36,723 nucleotides of DNA, taken from the NCBI GenBank assembly GCA_052040065.1, contig JBQGFI010000073.1:1-36723 (forward strand). Direction: 5' to 3'. Below are positions 30,587-36,723 of this stretch, one piece after another. Source of the DNA: Marmoricola sp. (GTDB lineage Bacteria; Actinomycetota; Actinomycetes; Propionibacteriales; Nocardioidaceae). The notes under the pieces were generated by a model. The model saw only the letters and a list, made by a program, of their open reading frames with translations. It ran no database searches and was not told the origin of the DNA. The stretch's first letter is position 1, and each line of letters begins with the position of its first letter. Position numbers and translations under genes: made by a program.

Positions 30587-30612
30587 CGTCAGCGCTCACC
30601 GAGGAGGTGCGC

Positions 30613-31473
30613 ATGGCATCGGAGGCCGCTGAGCAGGAGCCCGGCTCCGGTGTGGTGCCCGTCTTCTTCCTCTCCGACAGCACCGGCATCAGCGCCGAGA
30701 CCATGGGCAACGCGCTGCTGATCCAGTTCCCCGACCTGGTCTTCGACCGCACCACCATCCCCTTCATCCGCGGCGTCGAGCACGCCGCGCGGGTCGTGGC
30801 GCAGATCGACGCGGTGGTCGACGCGGGCGAGGAGCCGCTGGTCTTCACGACCGCGGCCGAGGACGCCGTGCGGCTGGAGCTGCAGAAGACCCGCGCCCCG
30901 ATCATCGACTTCTTCGACATGCACATGACCCGGGTGGAGGAGGTGCTCCACCGCCGCGGCGTGCGGCAGCCCTCCCGGCTGCACGGGGTCGGCGACATCA
31001 AGCGCTACAACAACCGGATGGCGGCCGTCGAGTTCACCATCGAGCACGACGACGGGCAGAGCGTCCGGATGCTCGAGAAGGCCGACGTCGTGCTGCTGGC
31101 GCCGTCGCGCTGCGGCAAGACGCCGACCAGCATGTACCTCGCGCTGCAGCACGGGCTCTTCGTGGCCAACTACCCGCTCGTCGACGAGGACCTCGAGAGC
31201 ACCGAGCTGCCCGAGCCGGTGCGCGAGCACCAGCGGCGCTGCTTCGGGCTGGTGACCAACGTCGACCGGCTCAGCCGCGTGCGCGGCGAGCGCCGGCCGG
31301 GGTCGCGCTACTCCTCGCCCGAGCAGTGCCGGTGGGAGCTGCGCCGCGCCCAGCAGCTCTTCGACGCCCACCGGGTCCCCGTCGTCGACACGTCCTCGCG
31401 CTCGGTCGAGGAGATCTCCGCCGTCATCATCCAGCACCTCGGCCGCCCCCGGCCCCGCAGCAACCGCCCCTGA
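30613..31473 (+). CDS. ppsR: PEP synthase regulatory protein (kinase/pyrophosphorylase, DUF299)
   Basis: VFFLSDSTGISAET, AVEFTIEHDDG, PSRCGKTPTSMYLA, ANYPL and SVEEIS motifs; RBS GAGGAGG; directly upstream of ppsA. Confidence 0.92.
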   Translation: MASEAAEQEPGSGVVPVFFLSDSTGISAETMGNALLIQFPDLVFDRTTIPFIRGVEHAARVVAQIDAVVDAGEEPLVFTTAAEDAVRLELQKTRAPIIDFFDMHMTRVEEVLHRRGVRQPSRLHGVGDIKRYNNRMAAVEFTIEHDDGQSVRMLEKADVVLLAPSRCGKTPTSMYLALQHGLFVANYPLVDEDLESTELPEPVREHQRRCFGLVTNVDRLSRVRGERRPGSRYSSPEQCRWELRRAQQLFDAHRVPVVDTSSRSVEEISAVIIQHLGRPRPRSNRP

Positions 31474-31485
31474 GAGGACACCACC

Positions 31486-33887
<2,402 letters not shown>

Positions 33888-33891
<4 letters not shown>

Positions 33892-34406
33892 ACGACCTGC
33901 ACCTGCGGCGCGAAGGCGCCGAGCACGCGCAGCGCCGCGTCGTGGTCGGCGGTGGTGCCGCCGGCGCAGGCGTCGGCGACCACCCGCACCCGTACGCCGG
34001 CGTCGCTCGCGGCGAGGGCCGTGGCCAGCACGCAGCACTCGGTGGCCACGCCCGCGAGCACGAGGGTCTCGGGCTCCTCCAGCGTCGCCGCCAGCTCGGG
34101 CGTCCACTTGCCCATGGTGGGTGCGTCGAGCACCGGCAGGTCGAGCGCCGCGAGCTCAGGGACCAGCTCCCACTGCTGCTGCGCGCCCGCGTCGCGGGCG
34201 AAGGGGAAGGCCTCGTAGTAGTCGACCCACGAGCCGGACGGCTCGGCGTGGGGGACGAAGCGCGTCAGCGCGGTGCGGCCGGCGTAGGTCTCCAGCAGCG
34301 CGGTCACCCCCTCGAGGGCCGCCGCGAATCCCGGCACCCGCCAGGGGCTGTCGGGCCCGGCGAAGACCTGCTGCATGTCCACGACGAGCAGTCGTGTCTC
34401 ACCCAT
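33888..34406 (-). CDS. Isochorismatase-family cysteine hydrolase
   Basis: [19 protein letters not shown] and VADACAG motifs. Confidence 0.88.
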
Positions 34407-34452
34407 CTCGTTGCCTCTCTCGGTGCGGGTTCACCTGATGGTCACCTAAATA

Positions 34453-34479
34453 TCAACAGAGACCTGTACAACCTGTTGA
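34453..34479. promoter_or_regulatory. AT-rich inverted repeat, candidate operator
   Basis: TCAACAG (34453-34459)-N13-CTGTTGA (34473-34479), enclosing TGTACA, between two divergent genes. Confidence 0.45.
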
Positions 34480-34567
34480 AGTATCTGGCATGCTCAGCCC
34501 AGAAGACACCGCCCCAGTCATACAAGCGGCCGGGGTTTCTTGCGCCGATGAATCAGGCGGTGATCCC

Positions 34568-35377
34568 GTGCCCCCCCACAGCACCACACTCTCCCGACGC
34601 TCCCACGAGGAGCACCGACGGACCCGAACCCGCGAGATCTTCGGGCTGCTGCCCGAGGCCGACGCCCACGAGGTCGACGACCTGCTCCACGAGGTCGTGC
34701 AGCTCAACATGCCGGTGGCCGAGCGCGTCGCCGCGCGCTTCGCCCGCCGCGGCATCGCCGAGGAGGACCTCCGTCAGGTGGCCTACCTCGCCCTGACGCG
34801 CGCCGCCCAGAAGTACGACGCCGAGCGCGCCGGCTCCGACTTCCTCTCCTACGCCGTGCCGACGATGCGCGGCGAGGTGCGCAAGTACTTCCGCGACCAC
34901 GGCTGGATGGTGCGCCCGACCCGTCGGGTGCAGGAGACGCAGGCGCGGGTCAACAAGACCCGCGAGCAGCTGACCTCCGACCTGGGTCGCAGCCCCACCG
35001 TGGGGGAGCTCGCCGAGCGCCTCGGCGAGCCCGTCGAGGACGTCGTCGAGGCCATGGCCGCCGACGGCTGCTTCGCCCCCACCTCGCTCGACGCCCCCGT
35101 GGGCGGCAGCGAGGACGAGGGCCTCTCACCGCTGGGCGCGACGCTCGGCAGCGACGACGAGGGCATGCTGGCCGCCGAGGCACGTGCCTCCGTCCAGCCC
35201 CTGCTCCGCGACCTAGCCGAGCGCGACCGGCTGATCATCGCGATGCGCTTCTACGACGGCCTCACCCAGCGTGAGATCGCCGAGCGCATCGGGGTCACCC
35301 AGATGCAGGTCTCGCGGCTGCTCTCGCGGATCCTGCAGCAGATGCGCACCAAGCTGGAGCCCTCGACCGCCGCCTGA
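34568..35377 (+). CDS. SigB/SigF/SigG-family RNA polymerase sigma factor
   Basis: Region 2 EDLRQVAYLALTRAAQKYD and FLSYAVPTMRGEVRKYFRD; region 3 PTVGELAERLG and SLDAP; region 4 LTQREIAERIGVTQMQVSRLL. The start is uncertain (GTG 34568 after AGGCGG, or ATG 34490). Confidence 0.9.
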   Translation: MPPHSTTLSRRSHEEHRRTRTREIFGLLPEADAHEVDDLLHEVVQLNMPVAERVAARFARRGIAEEDLRQVAYLALTRAAQKYDAERAGSDFLSYAVPTMRGEVRKYFRDHGWMVRPTRRVQETQARVNKTREQLTSDLGRSPTVGELAERLGEPVEDVVEAMAADGCFAPTSLDAPVGGSEDEGLSPLGATLGSDDEGMLAAEARASVQPLLRDLAERDRLIIAMRFYDGLTQREIAERIGVTQMQVSRLLSRILQQMRTKLEPSTAA

Positions 35378-35399
35378 GGCGGGCTGCCAGACTCGGGGG

Positions 35400-35801
35400 A
35401 TGAGCAACGACCTGACCGACGCCTCCGGCCCCTTCGTCGAGCACCTCGGCTTGCAGTTCACCGAGGTGACCGGCGAGCGGGTGGTGGGCACGTGGACGGC
35501 GCGCCCGGCGCTGCACCAGCCCTACGGGATCGTGCACGGCGGCGTGCACTGCAGCGTGGTGGAGACGCTCGCCAGCGTCGGGGCCGCCACCTGGCTCGGG
35601 GAGCAGGGGCAGGTCGTCGGGGTCAGCAACAGCACCGACTTCTACCGTGCGGTGCGCGAGGGGGCGCTGACCTCGGTCGCGACGCCGGTGCACCAGGGTC
35701 GCTCCCAGCAGGTCTGGGTCGTGGAGACTCGGCTCGACGAGAGCGACAAGCTCGTCTCGCGCGGTCAGGTGCGGCTGCAGCACCTCGACACCGTCCGCTG
35801 A
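35400..35801 (+). CDS. PaaI-family hot-dog-fold thioesterase
   Basis: HQPYGIVHGGVHCSVVET and HQGRSQQVW motifs. Confidence 0.9.
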   Translation: MSNDLTDASGPFVEHLGLQFTEVTGERVVGTWTARPALHQPYGIVHGGVHCSVVETLASVGAATWLGEQGQVVGVSNSTDFYRAVREGALTSVATPVHQGRSQQVWVVETRLDESDKLVSRGQVRLQHLDTVR

Positions 35802-35802
35802 C

Positions 35803-36456
35803 GTGTCCGCCGACCCGACCCCCCGGCGTCCCGTCGACGCCGTCATCTGGGACATGGACGGCACCCTGGTCGACTCCGCGCCCGTCGTGCCTGCCGCCTT
35901 CGTCGAGACCGTGCGCCGCCTCGGCGGCGCACCGGTGACGCCCGAGCGCGTCGTCGAGCTCTACGCCGTGGGCAAGCCGCGCGAGATGCTCGCGGTGATG
36001 ATGGGGCGCGAGGAGCGACAGTCCGACGAGGACCTCTACCACGACGTGCTCGCCGAGGGCACCGACGCGGTACGGGTGCACGACGGCGTGCCGGAGGCCC
36101 TGGCGGCGCTGGCCGACGCCGGGCTCGTCCTCGGCGTCTTCACCGGCAACAGCCGCCCGGCCGCCGAGATCATCCTCGGGGCCGTCGGCCTGCGGGCGCA
36201 CTTCGTCGAGGTCGTCGGTGGTGACGAGGTGGCCCGGGCCAAGCCCGCGCCCGACGGCGTGCTGGAGGCCGCGCGCCGTCTCGGCGTCCCTCCCGCGCGG
36301 TGCGCCTACGTCGGCGACTCCCCGCTCGACGTCGGTGCGGGTCGCGACGCCGGCGCGCTCCCGGTCGCCGCCGGCTGGGGACACCTCTTCGACGAGGGCG
36401 AGGCCGAGCGCGTCGCCCGGACCCCCGGCGACCTGCTCGCCCAGCTGCTGGGCTGA
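35803..36456 (+). CDS. HAD-superfamily hydrolase (phosphoglycolate phosphatase-like)
   Basis: Motif I WDMDGTLVDS, FTGN, KPAPDG and YVGDSPLD. Confidence 0.9.
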   Translation: MSADPTPRRPVDAVIWDMDGTLVDSAPVVPAAFVETVRRLGGAPVTPERVVELYAVGKPREMLAVMMGREERQSDEDLYHDVLAEGTDAVRVHDGVPEALAALADAGLVLGVFTGNSRPAAEIILGAVGLRAHFVEVVGGDEVARAKPAPDGVLEAARRLGVPPARCAYVGDSPLDVGAGRDAGALPVAAGWGHLFDEGEAERVARTPGDLLAQLLG

Positions 36457-36555
36457 CCCGCGGCGCTTCTGCGCTCGCGTGGACTCCGCTCGCGCCGACC
36501 GGCTAGTCGACCGGAGCGAGCCTGGCGAGACTCGGCGGCAGGACGCCCGGCCCCG

Positions 36556-36598
36556 GGAGTCCCCCACCGAGTCCCCGCCCGAGTCCCTGCCCGAGGAG
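36556..36598 (+). repeat. Imperfect 12-nt tandem repeat running into the RBS
   Basis: GGGAGTCCCCCA / CCGAGTCCCCGC / CCGAGTCCCTGC / CCGAGGAG. Confidence 0.6.
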
Positions 36599-36604
36599 CG
36601 CACC

Positions 36605-36723
36605 GTGACCGACCTGCCCGCAGAGATCTCCGAGGCGCTCACCGGCGCCGACGCCGCCCTGGGTCGCCTCGACGACGCGCTCGCGCGCCTCGGCGACGGC
36701 GACCTGCACCGCGCCCACCGTGG
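36605..36723 (+). CDS. 5' end of an unidentified CDS (partial; helical, possibly DinB-like)
   Basis: RBS GAGGAG (36593-36598), GTG 36605; MTDLPAEISEALTGADAALGRLDDALARLGDGDLHRAHR with high GC3. The DinB suggestion is weak. Confidence 0.6.
   Translation, partial: MTDLPAEISEALTGADAALGRLDDALARLGDGDLHRAHR

Noticed and set aside
36556-36598. CRISPR array
   Set aside because: The units are 12 nt with no spacers, and there are no cas genes.
36511-36600. Known riboswitch (SAH, cobalamin or guanidine)
   Set aside because: Fragments such as CCGAGGAGCG and GCCAGGCTCG recall SAH elements but lie on opposite strands; no complete consensus is present.

Overview
High-GC actinobacterial DNA (Nocardioides-like, by inference from gene content and style) with about 30 densely packed genes. 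I found no rRNA, tRNA, CRISPR array, transposase or integrase. Left to right: a peroxidase-cyclooxygenase-family heme peroxidase, a YtcJ-like amidohydrolase, an MFS transporter and mmuM; a ~9.6 kb rare-sugar catabolic cassette (divergent transketolase, ROK repressor, sugar ABC transporter, ketose 3-epimerase, FGGY kinase, Gfo/Idh/MocA dehydrogenase); the Entner-Doudoroff operon zwf-edd-eda with a divergent ROK regulator; a multi-TM patatin-like lipase; a Pseudomonas stutzeri-type TreS; an Lrp regulator with hppD; a DivIVA-repeat protein; a GH13 alpha-glucosidase; a Zn-dependent ADH; a small ORF, ppsR and ppsA; an isochorismatase; a SigB/F-type sigma factor; a PaaI thioesterase; a HAD hydrolase; and a partial gene. 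The most unusual signals are: (1) the MFS frame begins at a probable leaderless ATG, reads M-R-E-P, meets an in-frame UGA-C followed by a stem-loop, then continues as clearly coding sequence (possible readthrough or uORF control); (2) the apparently inserted rare-ketose cassette; (3) a hairpin/pseudoknot-like leader with anti-RBS repeats before the last gene; (4) a 46-aa ORF with SigF-like and LacI-like motifs ahead of ppsR-ppsA. All family calls come from motifs recognised by eye; no database searches were run.
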